64,000 nt of DNA from Octopus vulgaris (taxonomy: Eukaryota). The stretch is taken from contig OX597829.1 in assembly GCA_951406725.2 (NCBI GenBank), positions 21,886,001-21,950,000 on the forward strand, read 5' to 3'. The position numbers and the translations under genes were made by a program. Positions 1 through 16,231 of this stretch are shown one piece after another (position 1 is the first letter of the stretch; every line of letters starts with the position of its first letter). The notes beneath the pieces were generated by a model. The model was not told the origin of the DNA. It saw only the letters and a list, made by a program, of their open reading frames with translations, and searched no databases.

Positions 1-491
1 GTCTAATCTGGCAATGTTTCTACAGCTGGATGCCCTTCCTAACGCCAACCACTCCGTGAGTGTAGTGGGTGCTTTTTACGTGCCACCTGCACAGGTGCCA
101 GGCGGGGCTGGCAACGGCCACGGTCAGATTGGTGTATTTTATGTGCCACCGGCACGGAAGCCAGTCGAGGCGGTGCTGGCATCGGCCACGAGTCGGATAG
201 TGCTTTTTACATACCACCAGACCAGGGATCCTGGCTGGTTCAATTCGATTTCGATTTCGCTTGCCCCAACATGTCTTCACAAGCAAAGGGGGTTGGCAAG
301 GGTGCCTGTCGTACGGTCGCATTGGAGTATTTTACGTGCCACGGCCACGAGTCGGATAGTGCTTTTTACGTACCACCAGACCAGGGATCCTGGCTGGTTC
401 AATTCGATTTCGATTTCGCTTGCCCCAACATGTCTTCACAAGCAAAGGGGGTTGGCATGGGTGCCTGTCGTACGGTCGCATTGGAGTATTT

Positions 492-495
<4 letters not shown>
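1..495 (-). mobile_element. SINE-like family with (GAT)n tail; this copy has an internal ~160-bp tandem duplication
   Basis: ctggatgcccttcctaacgccaaccactccgtgagtgtagtggg core shared with copies at about 10578-10850, 18737-19018, 34414-34778 and 42445-42810; about 183-334 is repeated at about 341-494. Confidence 0.75.
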
Positions 496-564
<69 letters not shown>

Positions 565-855
565 ATATACAAATTGAGTTAGGGGTTGTAAATGCAACCC
601 TCCATGGGATAACATATATCCAATATACTGTTAGTGAAGTACCCAACAAAGTTAATACATAAATGTTAATGATTGCGATGCAATCAATTCATTTACTGTG
701 TTATATGGGCAAAGGTAAAATTATTTACCACAAATTACTAATACAAGATAAGAAAATGGAGAAATACATCTAAATCAAATATCAATTACCAGATAATACT
801 CAATCACATACTTTATTAAACCACCACATAAGAGACTGTAGGGTTAAATATAAAA

Positions 856-1328
856 CACACACACACACACACACATATATATACATACATATATATATAT
901 ATATATATAACACCAAGTAAGTTAGGGGTTGTGGATCCAACCCACTAAGGGATAATACTTATCCAATATACTCTTGGTATAATACCCAACTGAAGTGAAG
1001 ATTACTCTAAATCTAATAATATTGATATTATTGGTAAATATAATAATAATAATTATAATAATAATAATAATAATAGTAATAATAATAATAATAATAGTAA
1101 TAATAGTAGTAGTAGTAGTAGTAGTAGTAGTAATAATAATAATAATAATAATAATATTAGTAATAATTAAACATTGTTTGTGTAGTCATGAGCATGGATG
1201 TATGTATATGTTCCAGTATATATGTATATATATGTATATGATGAATTGTCTATTTGTTTGGATTGTTTAATTGTGCTTATTTATGTATTTATACACATGT
1301 AAAGGTGTATATACTTTTCTTATGTATG

Positions 1329-1375
<47 letters not shown>

Positions 1376-1795
1376 GCGTGTGTGTGTGTATGTGTATATG
1401 GATATCTGCTTATATTTATATATATTAGATTGTACGTGTATCATGCTTCATATATATATTTATATTTTGAAAGTTCTTTATAATCTCTGATGAGGCCTAT
1501 GGTTATGTATAAGTACCCCATTTTTAATTGCCTACAACCTCAATATAATTGACAACTATAGGCACAGAAAAGTGCTTTTTTCCATAGGCTGAAACAGTTA
1601 TAAGAGTGATTTTAATGATTCCAATGATTTATATTAAGGTTTTTATAATTGTATTATTATTTTATATGTATTGAATTTTTAATGCATATATGTATGTTAT
1701 TGTGGTCCTCGTTTTGTTAAATAAATAAATAAGTCAACATTCTAATATCCTAAAGCCGAGGAACCAACTAAATTGTTTCTCCATTTCCTTATTTG

Positions 1796-1870
<75 letters not shown>

Positions 1871-1940
1871 TTAATTTTTATGTATTGGCTTATGTTTTTC
1901 ATTGTTTGATTTGCCGAATAGTGGTTTTATCTCTAATTTA

Positions 1941-2028
<88 letters not shown>

Positions 2029-2135
2029 TAAATTAGAGATAAAACCACTATTCGCAAATCAAACAATGAAAAACATAAGCCAATACATAAAATTAATTAA
2101 TTTATATATATATATATATATATATACATACATAC

Positions 2136-2177
<42 letters not shown>

Positions 2178-2813
2178 CAAATAAGGAAATGGAGAAACAA
2201 TTTAGTTGGTTCCTCGGCTTTAGGATATTAGAATGTTGACTTATTTATTTATTTAACAAAACGAGGACCACAATAACATACATATATGCATTAAAAATTC
2301 AATACATATAAAATAATAATACAATTATAAAAACCTTAATATAAATCATTGGAATCATTAAAATCACTCTTATAACTGTTTCAGCCTATGGAAAAAAGTA
2401 CTTTTCTGTGCCTATAGTTGTCAATTATATTGAGGTTGTAGGCAATTAAAAATGGGGTACTTATACATAACCATAGGCCTCATCAGAGATTATAAAGAAC
2501 TTTCAAAATATAAATATATATATGAAGCATGATACACGTACAATTTAATATATATAAATATAAGCATATATCCATATACACATGCACACACACACACGCG
2601 CACGCACACACACACACACATATATATACATACATAAGAAAAGTATATACACCTTTACATATGTATAAATACATAAACGAGCACAATTAAACAATCCAAA
2701 CAAATAGACAATTCATCATATACATATATATACATATATACTGGAACATATACATACATCCATGCTCATGACTATACAAACAATGTTTAATTATTACTAA
2801 TATTATTATTACA

Positions 2814-2880
<67 letters not shown>

Positions 2881-3050
2881 TTATCAATAATATCAATATT
2901 ATTAGATTTAGAGTAATCTTCACTTCACTTGGGTATTATACCAAGAGTATATTGGATAAGTATTATCCCTTAGTGGGTTGGATCCACAACCCCTAACTTA
3001 CTTGGTGTTTATATATATATATGTATGTATATATATGTGTGTGTGTGTGT
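856..3050. repeat. ~1.05-kb-arm inverted duplication centred on a (TA)n tract
   Basis: about 856-1945 is the reverse complement of about 2023-3050 (e.g. caccaagtaagttaggggttgtggatcc / ggatccacaacccctaacttacttggtg), with scattered substitutions and microsatellite length differences. Confidence 0.95.
1484..1608 (+). ncRNA. Degenerate type I hammerhead ribozyme with extended stem II (mirror copy 2365-2490, minus)
   Basis: CTGATGA (1487) GGCCTATGG...CCATAGGCT GAAAC (1591) AGTTATA AGAG; stem III mismatched relative to ACAGCTGTA. Confidence 0.65.
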
Positions 3051-3104
3051 TGTGTGCATGTGTGTATATATATATATATATACACACATATATACTTATA
3101 TATG

Positions 3105-3147
<43 letters not shown>

Positions 3148-3158
3148 CTCTCTCTCTC

Positions 3159-3199
<41 letters not shown>

Positions 3200-3206
<7 letters not shown>

Positions 3207-4886
3207 TAAAAAATGGAGTTAACGCAGGGGTAATCAAATATTTTTACTTTCGACACATGTTTTGAAAATTCCACTGATACTATTCAAAAGAATAAATGGT
3301 ATAAACAATGCAATCTTTTCCTCAGGAAAGTGAAAAAAACGAAACTCGTCAATAAGACATTTTAGCAAAAAATGATGGATCTGTATAGCGAGAGACAGAA
3401 TGCTATTAATATTGTTTAAAAAAACGTTATATGATATAACGTCATAAGTAGCTAACAGAAAGAGTAGGGATATTAATAGTGAATGCTAAATATAAAGGAA
3501 ATTAAAGTTTAAATTATATATAATGATAGAGACTACTTATATGCACTAAATGTATGTTTTTGCCAGTGCTTACATCTGTATGCTCACTCTATAACCATGT
3601 TTACTAGAGTATTTTTAGAAAAAATAATGAAAAATAGCTCAGAATTGCAGAGAAGACAGAATTTCTTGCCTTTGTCATATGGTATCGAAATTGAGAGAAT
3701 CAACCATTCTAAATGAAATTGTTCATTGTGGTCTTTTAAATCTCAAATCAGTTTGCTGAGACCGGTACTATTCCGTTTATTTTTATCCCTAAATGTTGAG
3801 TAATGGATAGAAATTCTTTTAGATAACTCTAACAATGTGCTTCCAATGTAAAATCGTACTTTATTACGAGTACTGATTATACACTGTTATATAGAATTTT
3901 TAATCTTAGAGTTACTTGACATAAACTTAATTCTATTGGAATTGACTTCAGATACAATAACCTTGTTATTAATATTTCTAGAGGGTTGGATGGTATTAGC
4001 TAAATTAGTGGTAGTATTAGTAAATGTATTAATATTTAACAGTTTGTTATTATGAGAAGAGATAATTTGCAAGAGATTTTTTGTGTTTGAAAAACCTATC
4101 CTAACCTTATGTGAATTGATTATAGAGTAATATCTAGAATTGTTTGGAAAATTCCTAGCAATAGCTTGACGAAACAGCAGTGGGAGATAAGATTTAATTT
4201 GTCTCCCATAAGGAATTATTAACCAAATATTTTTACTAGTATTCATAGCGTAATTACTTTTGAAGGTGTTATATTTACTTTTAGATCGATAATAGGGGAT
4301 TAAATAAGGGTTATCTGCCTTCATTTGCTTTGTATCGGTGCATAAGTTATGCTTGTTATCAATACTTCTTTTATGACTAGAAATCTTATCTACATTATTG
4401 AATTTACAATTAGACTGAGCAGAATCTATGTAGAAAATTTTCTCTGTATAACCTGCTTTGATTAAGGCAAAGTTATAGAATTCAGCGTTATTATTGAAAA
4501 TATCAACATTAGCAGATAATTTAGATAACCTAAATGAAATATTCTTAACTAAGTTCTTAGTAATTGCTCCAGGATGATTACTAAATTTGCTAATGTACTT
4601 AAGATTTTTTCACTTTCCCGAGGAGAAGATTGCATTGTTTATACCATTTATTCTTTTGAATAGTATCAGTAGAATTTTCGAAACATGGGTCGAAAGTAAA
4701 AATATTTGATTACCCCTGCGTTAACTCCATTTTTTATTCATATTATTCAAAATATTCAACGTAAACACAAAGTTTCTACCTTTATAAACAAGGAGTTACA
4801 ACACCTTTACTTGTGAGATTTTTACTGCCCTGGTAACTATTTATTTATTTTTCCATGTTAATTGTTAACAAGGTAAAAATACACTC

Positions 4887-4895
<9 letters not shown>
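3200..4895 (-). mobile_element. 5'-truncated Penelope-like retroelement (RT thumb/linker + GIY-YIG endonuclease, pseudogenised) with inverted pseudo-LTR
   Basis: minus-strand translation 4603->3533: SNHPGAITKNL..., NIWLIIPY...IISSHNNKLLN, NSI*QC...FYIGST...KRISIHYSTF...CLLCNSE...CKH; IR 3200-3338 / 4605-4743; flanked by (TA)n. Confidence 0.88.
3246..3331 (-). ncRNA. Hammerhead ribozyme motif in Penelope pLTR (inverted copy 4612-4697, plus)
   Basis: ACTTTC-CTGAGGA-AAAGATT...AATTTTC-AAAAC-ATGT-GTC-GAAAGT; perfect 6-bp stem I; the other copy has CCGAGGA and an intact GAAAC. Confidence 0.75.
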
Positions 4896-4961
<66 letters not shown>

Positions 4962-4963
<2 letters not shown>

Positions 4964-5102
4964 ACATTATTTACATTTGATAGATATTTGTCCTCATCTT
5001 GTTTGTTGTTAACACGTTTCAGCTGATACACCCTCCAGCCTTCATCAGGTATCGTGGGGAAATTTCAAAACTGGGTTCTCATTCCTAAGGTATTTTTCGA
5101 TG

Positions 5103-5106
<4 letters not shown>
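4962..5106 (-). mobile_element. 3' part of a hammerhead-bearing short retroelement
   Basis: minus strand CTGATGA-A-GGCTG-gagggtgtat-CAGCT-GAAAC; same family at 14513-14723, 18397-18505 and 34153-34345. Confidence 0.75.
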
Positions 5107-8712
<3,606 letters not shown>

Positions 8713-9138
8713 AATGTTGCAACTTTTTTTAATAGTCAAGACTATTAAAAAAGGTTGCAAGACGCACCGAAAATTTATAGGAAAATAAAAATAAGGAATA
8801 AGTGGTAATTTCACCAGTGAGTGTGTTAAATTATAAGGCACAAAAAGAAAATGACTCTCCCCAGACACAACAGAATATGCTTCAACACATGAACTCACAT
8901 ATAGTATCTTGCAAACCAAATTAAAAACGAAATATATATATGAGTGTGTGTATACATGTATATATTTGCCTGTGTCTTGCTGTCTATATGTTTCTGTGTG
9001 TGAAAGAGAGAAAGAGAGAGTGTGTGCATATGCATGCGCATTGTTAAAATCATTTATGGGCCTGCATTAGGTATTAATGTTTTAGTAATTTAATCTGAGA
9101 ATAAAACAACTCATTGGAGTTGCAGAAACACACATGTC

Positions 9139-9178
<40 letters not shown>

Positions 9179-9691
9179 GAGAAAGTTATATTTCTCTTTA
9201 ACTTTATTTCATTATGTAATGATATAAATATTATTATTATGTCTCAAAAAGTCTTTTCTTAGCTGTACATTTTTCAGTTGTATATTTGTCCTTGATTCCA
9301 AATTTTTCACAATGATTGATTCCATTATGTCTAAAATCCTGTCTGAAAGGCTCTTTATTTTTCCCCTGCCCTCACAGTTTGATGCATTTATTCATTTATA
9401 TAAGAATGTCTTATTGTTTGAAATGTCATTGCTTATGTTTTCATTAATCATTGATTTAAGCTGCTTTAATTCTACAATATTCTTTACCTTTTATATCTGA
9501 TCAGCAGAGCTCATAAAATACCACCTTATTCATAACAAATCCTTTCAGAATGTCAAAAGGCTGTTTCAATTTTCTTTTTTTTTTTCTTTTTTCTTTCTTT
9601 CTTTGTTGTCGCAGAACTAATAGAGTTTTGGATAAAATATACTGTGGCATTGAATTATGCTATTCTATGTTCTGAGTTCAAATCCCACTTA

Positions 9692-11206
9692 TTGGGTTGG
9701 CAACTAAGTTCCCGCCGTTTTTTTTTTTAAATTTAAATTTTTTAAAAGGTTTAATAAAAAAATAACAACTAATTAATCAATAATGTATTTACCCTTGTTG
9801 TTTACAACTTCTTCCCAACATTCCACAAGATTTTCAATACCTTGTTGGTAGAAATCACATGATTTCAACTCGAAAAATTGATCCAAACAAGCTCTCAATT
9901 CTGCATCAGTATTGAACAAAACTCCGCGCATAGCATTGAAAGAGATCGAAAGAGGTGGAAATTTGTTGGTGCCAAATCAGGAGAGTACGGCACGTGTGCC
10001 AGCACTTCCCAGCCATGCGTTTGAATGGCTTCCTTGGTCATATTGGTGATATGAGTGTTGGCATTGTTGTGCAGCAAAAGAACTCCATGCTGCTGATTAG
10101 GTCTTTTCTCTTGAATAGCTGTGTTGAGTCCTTCCATCTGTTGAACCCAAAGTTCCGCGTTGACCATATGGTTCCATTCAAGCAATTCTTAATGGATAAT
10201 CCCTTCCCAGTCCCATCATATGCACAATATATGAAGATTTTGTTTTATGTCACTTGTTTACAGGGGCTAAGTCATTCCTTTCACTGCTTCATATTGATGT
10301 ACAGGCACCATTTTTCATCACCAGTAATGATTCGGTAAAGAAATTGTTACTTGTGACCATGAGTTGAGCGGTGACGAGCAAGTAAACCAGCGGAGATTGT
10401 GGCTTGTTGATTTTTGCTGTTGTCACTTAAAGCATGCGGAACCCATGCTCCATACTTCTGAACTTTTCCCATCGAGTGAAGATGCTTCTCTATTGCAGTG
10501 TAGCAATATTCCATTTTCTCTGCCAGTTCTCTTGTCGTTTGATGAGAATTTTCATGCAAAAGTTGATTTAATCGCTCTTCATCATCATCATCATCATCGT
10601 TTAACGTCCGTTCTCCATGCTAGCATGGGTTGGATGGTTCGACCGTGGATCTGGGAAGCCAGAAGGCTGCACCAGGCTCCGGTCTTATCTGGCAATGTTT
10701 CTACAGCTGGATGCCCTTCCTAACGCCAACCACTCCGTGAGTGTAGTGGGTGCTTTTTACGTGCCACCTGCACTGGTGCCAGGCGAGGCTGGCATCGGCC
10801 ACGATCGGATTGGTGCATTTTACGTGCCACCTGCACGGAAGCCAGTCGAGAAACTCAAATGGACTGCCAGAACACGGTGTGTCTTTGAGGTCAAAATTTA
10901 CATTTTTGAACTTGGCACACCAATCTCAAGTGGTTCTTTCAGCTATGGCATCCTCTCCATACACAGCACAAATGTTGCGAGCAGCTTTTGCGGCCTTAGA
11001 ACCTTGATTAAAAGCAAAAAGAAGGTGTCGAAAATGCTCGTTTTCCTTAACCTGACATTCCATTTTAATGATCTGAAAATAAACAAAAATTAACTAAAAT
11101 TAATTAGAAAAAACAAAATAGATTCCAAAATGATTCAAAAATAGAATTCTCGAAAAAATAAATTCCAAAATTTTTTTAAATGGTGGGAACTTAGTTGCCA
11201 ACCCAA
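9692..11206 (-). mobile_element. mariner DNA transposon, decayed, with nested SINE (10578-10850)
   Basis: TIRs ttgggttggcaactaagttccc / gggaacttagttgccaacccaa, TA target duplication; transposase motifs WVPHALS, LLHNNA..H, PYSPDLAPTNFHLF. Confidence 0.93.
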
Positions 11207-11269
11207 TAGATAAATTTGTCATTCTTCTACCAGAAGATAAAATGAAATACCAGTTATGTACTGGGGTTA

Positions 11270-11419
11270 ATATGTGGTAAGAAGATTGCTTCCTAACCAC
11301 ATGATTCTGGGTTCAGCTCCACTGCATGAGATCTTGGGAAAGTGTGATTCTACTTTAGCTTAAGGCCAACCAAAGCCTTATGAGTGGATTTGGTAGATGG
11401 AAACTGAAAGAAGCCCATC

Positions 11420-11456
<37 letters not shown>

Positions 11457-11690
11457 ATATGTCTGTGTTGTCTTTGTGTCTGTGTTTGTCCCTCTCCCCT
11501 TACCACTTGACAACCAGTGCTGGTGTGTTTACATCCATATAACTTACCAGTTTGGGAAAAGAGACCAATAACGTATATATTGGGCTTAAAGAAAAAAGGA
11601 CAGTAGTTTTGTCATTCAGCTAAAAATTCCTGAACACAGTACTCCAGTATGTCCACAGTCTAATGACTGAAACAAGCAAAAGCTAAAAGA
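11270..11690 (+). mobile_element. tRNA-derived SINE, family A (internal TA/TG microsatellite)
   Basis: gagtggatttggtagatggaaactgaaagaagccc core and actccagtatg...aatgactgaaacaag tail shared with many copies. Confidence 0.75.
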
Positions 11691-12180
11691 CAATATTCAA
11701 CCCATAGAAATGTGAGAATTGTAGCATTTAATGTTAGAATTCAAGATATTCCAACTGATTAAGTATCTTAAAGATAACACCATTTTCACGGCATATCAAG
11801 AGAGAGTTCTCCCTAGAACTGAAAACTGGGCTATGAAGTAAGGCACTTCAAGATTGTTCTGATGGTACAGACATAAAGCTACTTATGAGGGAATTAAAAC
11901 ATTCCATAGCATGAGCCCAAGACCAAAGAGGTTATTTATGGATACATTCCACCCATCTCTACAATTGTGCCCCTGACAAGGTGGGTTGTATTAGTCACAG
12001 TTACTATGCTGAACACCAAGCAATATCTTAGGTTATATTTTGGAGAATTCTTCACTCTAATAGAGGATGAAAGTCACCAAGTATCTTGATGTCATTCGTA
12101 GAAAACACATTGAGGATGTAACAAAGAGTGGTGCAGAGATTTTTGAAGCTGTGTAGTGAAGGACTTCATGTTTCTGGTCA

Positions 12181-12950
12181 TACACATATACATACATACA
12201 TACATACATACATACATACATACATACATACATACATGCACACACATACATACATACATACATACATACATACATACATACATACATACATACATACATA
12301 CACACATACACATATGCACACACACATACATACATACACACATACATACATACACACATACACACATACATACATACATACATACATACTTACATACATA
12401 CATACAAGCACACATACACACATGCACACATACATACATACATACATACATACAAGCACACATACACACATGCACACATACATACATACAAGCACACATA
12501 CACACATGCACACACACATACATATATACATACACACATACACACATACACACATACATACATACATACATATATACATACATACATGCATGCATACATA
12601 CATACACACGTACGCACATACATACATACACACATACATACATACAAGCACACATACACACATGCACACACACATACATACACACATACATACATACACA
12701 CATACATACATACATACAAGCACACATACACACATGCACACACACATACATACATACATACATACACACATACACATACACACACACATACACACATACA
12801 TACATTCATACATACACACATACACAGATGCACACGCACATACATACATACATACATACATACACACACACACATACATACACACATACACACATGCGCA
12901 CACACATACACACATACACACATACATACATACATACACACATACATACA
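12181..12950. repeat. Compound (CATA)n/(CA)n microsatellite
   Basis: direct inspection; similar tracts at about 17557-17720, 19154-19380 and 47760-48305. Confidence 0.95.
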
Positions 12951-13224
12951 TTATGGCTGCCCCCTCGTTATCGAGTATGGCCATTGCACGAAGCTTAACT
13001 GTTACTGGTGCTGTGATCGAATGTGACTTTTTAACCCAGCTAAAGATATACATACACACATACTGGGATTTGCAGAAAAGAATGAAATTAACTTCACCCT
13101 CATATTTTTTGTCGATGACTTAAAAGTAATATTATGATAACATGAATAACATCAAGAGACAATGAGAACTAATCCCAACATTCTTGTAAGATATAAGAAG
13201 GGAGTTTGAACAAGATAAATACTT

Positions 13225-13435
13225 TTATACTCTAGACACAAGCTCCGAAATTTTTGGGGAAGGGGCCAGTCGATTAGATCAGCTCTGGTACACAACTGGT
13301 ACTTAATTTATCGACCCCAAAAGGATGAAGGGCAAAGTCGATCTCAACGGAATTCAAACTCAGAATGTAAAGACTTATGAAATACCACTAAGCATTTTGC
13401 CTAGCGTGCTAATGTTTTTGCCAGCTTGCCACCTT
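13225..13435 (-). mobile_element. SINE family C
   Basis: tcgaccccaaaaggatgaagggcaaagtcga...aactcagaa core; also at about 24890-25050, 29600-29810 (+), 48430-48595 and 50320-50460. Confidence 0.65.
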
Positions 13436-13439
13436 GAAC

Positions 13440-14760
13440 AAGATATATACTAATAGTCAACTTAAGGAAAAGTTTTGATCAGACAGAGAACATGTACATC
13501 AATAGCTTGTCCATCTCCCCTATCTTTACTGATGAAAACTATATGTATTTTGGAATCAATGAGAATGCTGCATACATTGATGCTGTGACTAAGGCCAGTA
13601 TTAAAAGATTGCTTTTGTAGACTCTGAAAAATACGGTGCACAGAGGTGTCTGCATTTAGCAAGACCATATTTCATAATTCTTTTGCAGTACCAGTGCTAG
13701 TTCCAACATTTGAAATATTGAACTGGACACTTGATGGGATATGCAGTCTGGACATAAAAACAGAAAGGTATTGGCCACCACTGGAAACTTACACCTTAAC
13801 GGTGACACTGATAGCAGTAAAGGAATAAGGTCAGTCCAAACAGCCTTTGAATACTACATTGTATCACATAGACAACACCCACAGAGCAGTAAAGAATGAA
13901 ATGAGTAGTACATTCCATGTATACTCAAAGTGAGAGCAACATCTTCAGAGTTGGAGAAGAACTACTGTGCTGATACTCTGAGAATACAACTGCCACAAGT
14001 AACTGAAAGGAGGCTAGACTGGCTTACCTAAACAGGAGCTTGGCATTATACTAGTGAAAACAATGCATGGGTACATATACCATAAGCTAGAAGGCAACAA
14101 CTACATTGACAAGAATAACCTCTCCTGGATCTGTGATAAATACATTACATCTCACGTAGAAGAATATACCATCACTATCCGGGAACAGGAGACAGCCACT
14201 AAATACCTGATAAACAAGAAACATTGATGCCACCCAACTTCCATGTTGTGATAGAAAATGTTGGCGCTGCTGCTATTGTGGAAGATATCACCGACATTAT
14301 CAGCAGCTTCCCTGAAATGTCTATGAGATACTACCTGTTCTTGAGGCATGATATATTTGTGAAGACTATTTACAATGCTATCTGCAGGAAGGACTGCCCT
14401 GATGTGTACATCAAAGGCATGTCAGAACCAGCAGCATGTATCGACACCTTTAAAAACAAAGTATGCTCCAATAAAAGTAGCAATTTGGTTTTGATATAAC
14501 AGACCTGATATTCATTATTTACATTATTTACATTATTTACATTTGATGGATATTTGTCCTCATCTTGTTTGTTGTTGACACAACATTTTGGCTGATATAA
14601 CCTGAAGAAGGCTGGAGGTTTTATCAGCCGAAGCGTTGTGTTAACAACAAACAAGATGTGGACAAATATCCGTCGAATGTAAATAATGTACATAATTCCT
14701 CATCTCTTAAATATAGAACTGTAAGACCTGATATTGTTTTGTTAGTGTCTGGCTTGAACT
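13440..14760 (+). pseudogene. Heavily decayed R4/Dong fragment (RT C-terminus to endonuclease)
   Basis: FAVPVLVPTFEILNWT..LD, IREQETAT, DITDIISS..P.MS.RYYL..RHD, and YNRPDIVLL interrupted at 14513. Confidence 0.65.
14513..14723. mobile_element. Fold-back hammerhead-bearing element with 12-bp target-site duplication
   Basis: AGACCTGATATT at 14501-14512 and 14724-14735; arms about 14526-14597 / 14623-14693; CTGAAGA-A-GGCTG..CAGCC-GAAGC. Confidence 0.85.
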
Positions 14761-15287
14761 CTCTTAAATAAAACTCAAAGTAAAAAACATACATACATAC
14801 AGACACAACAGGAAATTGAGGATCTACCAAAGTTATGGAAGGTTCAGAAATTCCTGGTACAATATGGTGAAACATATTTCGGTTGTGGTCATCTGAAGAA
14901 GAAGAGACATGTGAATTAAATTTCTTGATTGTAATTTTGCATTCTTTATTACCATTGTCTGTTGATTTTTGCATGCATGGATCCTGTTTTAATATTCCCT
15001 GCCGCTTTTGAATTTGTTGCAAATTTTCTCATACCAGTTCTTGAAATGTATAATTGCCTGATCTGAAACTGTATGTTGAAAGTAACTCAATTTTCATCAC
15101 ACAATCTATAACCTGGTCGCTGACACAGCTGTAGAAAAACTGTACCTGTGACCAGGTTGCAGACAGTGTGTTGAAAATTTTGACTCCAAATGATAAATGA
15201 TTAATTCAAGTTAACAGATTCTCTGTTTTTTTGAATGGCTAGTATGAGTCTGGCCACTGAAGAATTTTTTTTTCTATCTGCTTTCAG

Positions 15288-15461
15288 ACTAGTTCAAAAA
15301 CCATGGGCAGTGATAGTGTTGGTTCTAGTGTATCTAGTAACATTCAACAAGTTATGAACAGTTCCAATATTGGACAGTACCAGTTCAATCTTGTCTACAT
15401 AAAAATGATAACACGTTCTCATATTGTCCTCACCAGAGAGGACATGATTGAGCTCAAACAG
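15288..15461 (+). CDS. Receptor guanylyl cyclase (NPR-like), first exon seen: Ser-rich juxtamembrane segment and start of kinase-homology domain
   Basis: tttcag acceptor, gtatga donor, 174 nt phase 0-0; TSSKTMGSDSVGSS...GQYQFNLVYIKMITRSHIVLTREDMIELKQ resembles the receptor-GC 'LTRxxxxELKQ' segment and joins in frame to the next exon. Confidence 0.85.
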
Positions 15462-15879
15462 GTATGAGTGCTTCATTATCATCATCTTCATCATCATCCT
15501 CATCATCATCATCCTCATTTAATATGTTTTCCATATTGGCATAGGTTGAACTGTTAGCATGGGTTGTAATATATATTTCCATAATAAAAAATCTTTATAC
15601 ATGTATGTATATCTCTCCCCACCCTTCTCTCTCTCTTTCTCACTCTCTCACTCTCTCCCCTCTCTCTCTCTTTCACTTGTATAAACACAAAAGAATAAAA
15701 AATGATGCATTTTAAATCAGCTTATGCACATTTCGGATACCTTGGTATTACATAACTCTGTGATGTAGTCATCATGCATATTAATAGAGCAATATTTGAT
15801 TGCCTAAGATTCTACAAAACTTTAGAAGTTACAAATTGGACAGTGAAATTTATAGACTATATGGATTACACTGGTTTTT

Positions 15880-16140
15880 TACATGGTAAACAGTGCAGTA
15901 TTCTGTGTTTTAACACTACATACACTTTAAGTGAGAAATAAACATTACCTTTATTCACTATGATAGATTGCCAGCCACTACACATTCTTTATTTTCTCTC
16001 TTTGTTTCTTTCTGTGTTCCTTTCTGTGGAAGAGCATAGGCTCGAAATGTTAAAGACTTTTTCACTTCCTGACTGTTATACTAATACATCTGTTTGTTGT
16101 CTACACCACCTGTCTTTTGTTTCTTTGTGAATTCTCCCTA
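15880..16140 (+). mobile_element. Short repeat with hammerhead-like variant motif
   Basis: CTTT-CTGTGGA-A-GAGC-atag-GCTC-GAAA-TGTT-AAAG at about 16020-16055; related tail on minus at about 40280-40380. Confidence 0.5.
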
Positions 16141-16179
16141 CACACACACACACATATATACATATATATATACATATAC

Positions 16180-16231
<52 letters not shown>

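Noticed and set aside
14-532. 172-aa ORF with an internal repeat
   Set aside because: Lies within a dispersed SINE with a tandem duplication; the same peptide recurs at other copies
995-1270. Poly-Ile/Val hydrophobic ORFs as the missing transmembrane exon (also 45373-45719)
   Set aside because: (AAT)n/(GTA)n/(GGT)n microsatellites without compatible splice sites
3533-3890. In-frame TGA codons in the Penelope endonuclease as possible selenocysteine (reported for some Naiad elements)
   Set aside because: The TGAs fall at a Trp-consensus position and a non-Cys position, and an in-frame TAA is also present: ordinary decay
9570-9680. Strong polypyrimidine tract + cag as an additional upstream exon
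   Set aside because: Followed by SINE-like sequence; no receptor-GC-like peptide or suitable donor seen
12057-13123. Long ORFs of MYVC/HTYI repeats (also near 17.5, 19.1, 47.8 and 61.6 kb)
   Set aside because: Translations of stop-free microsatellites; no coding signal
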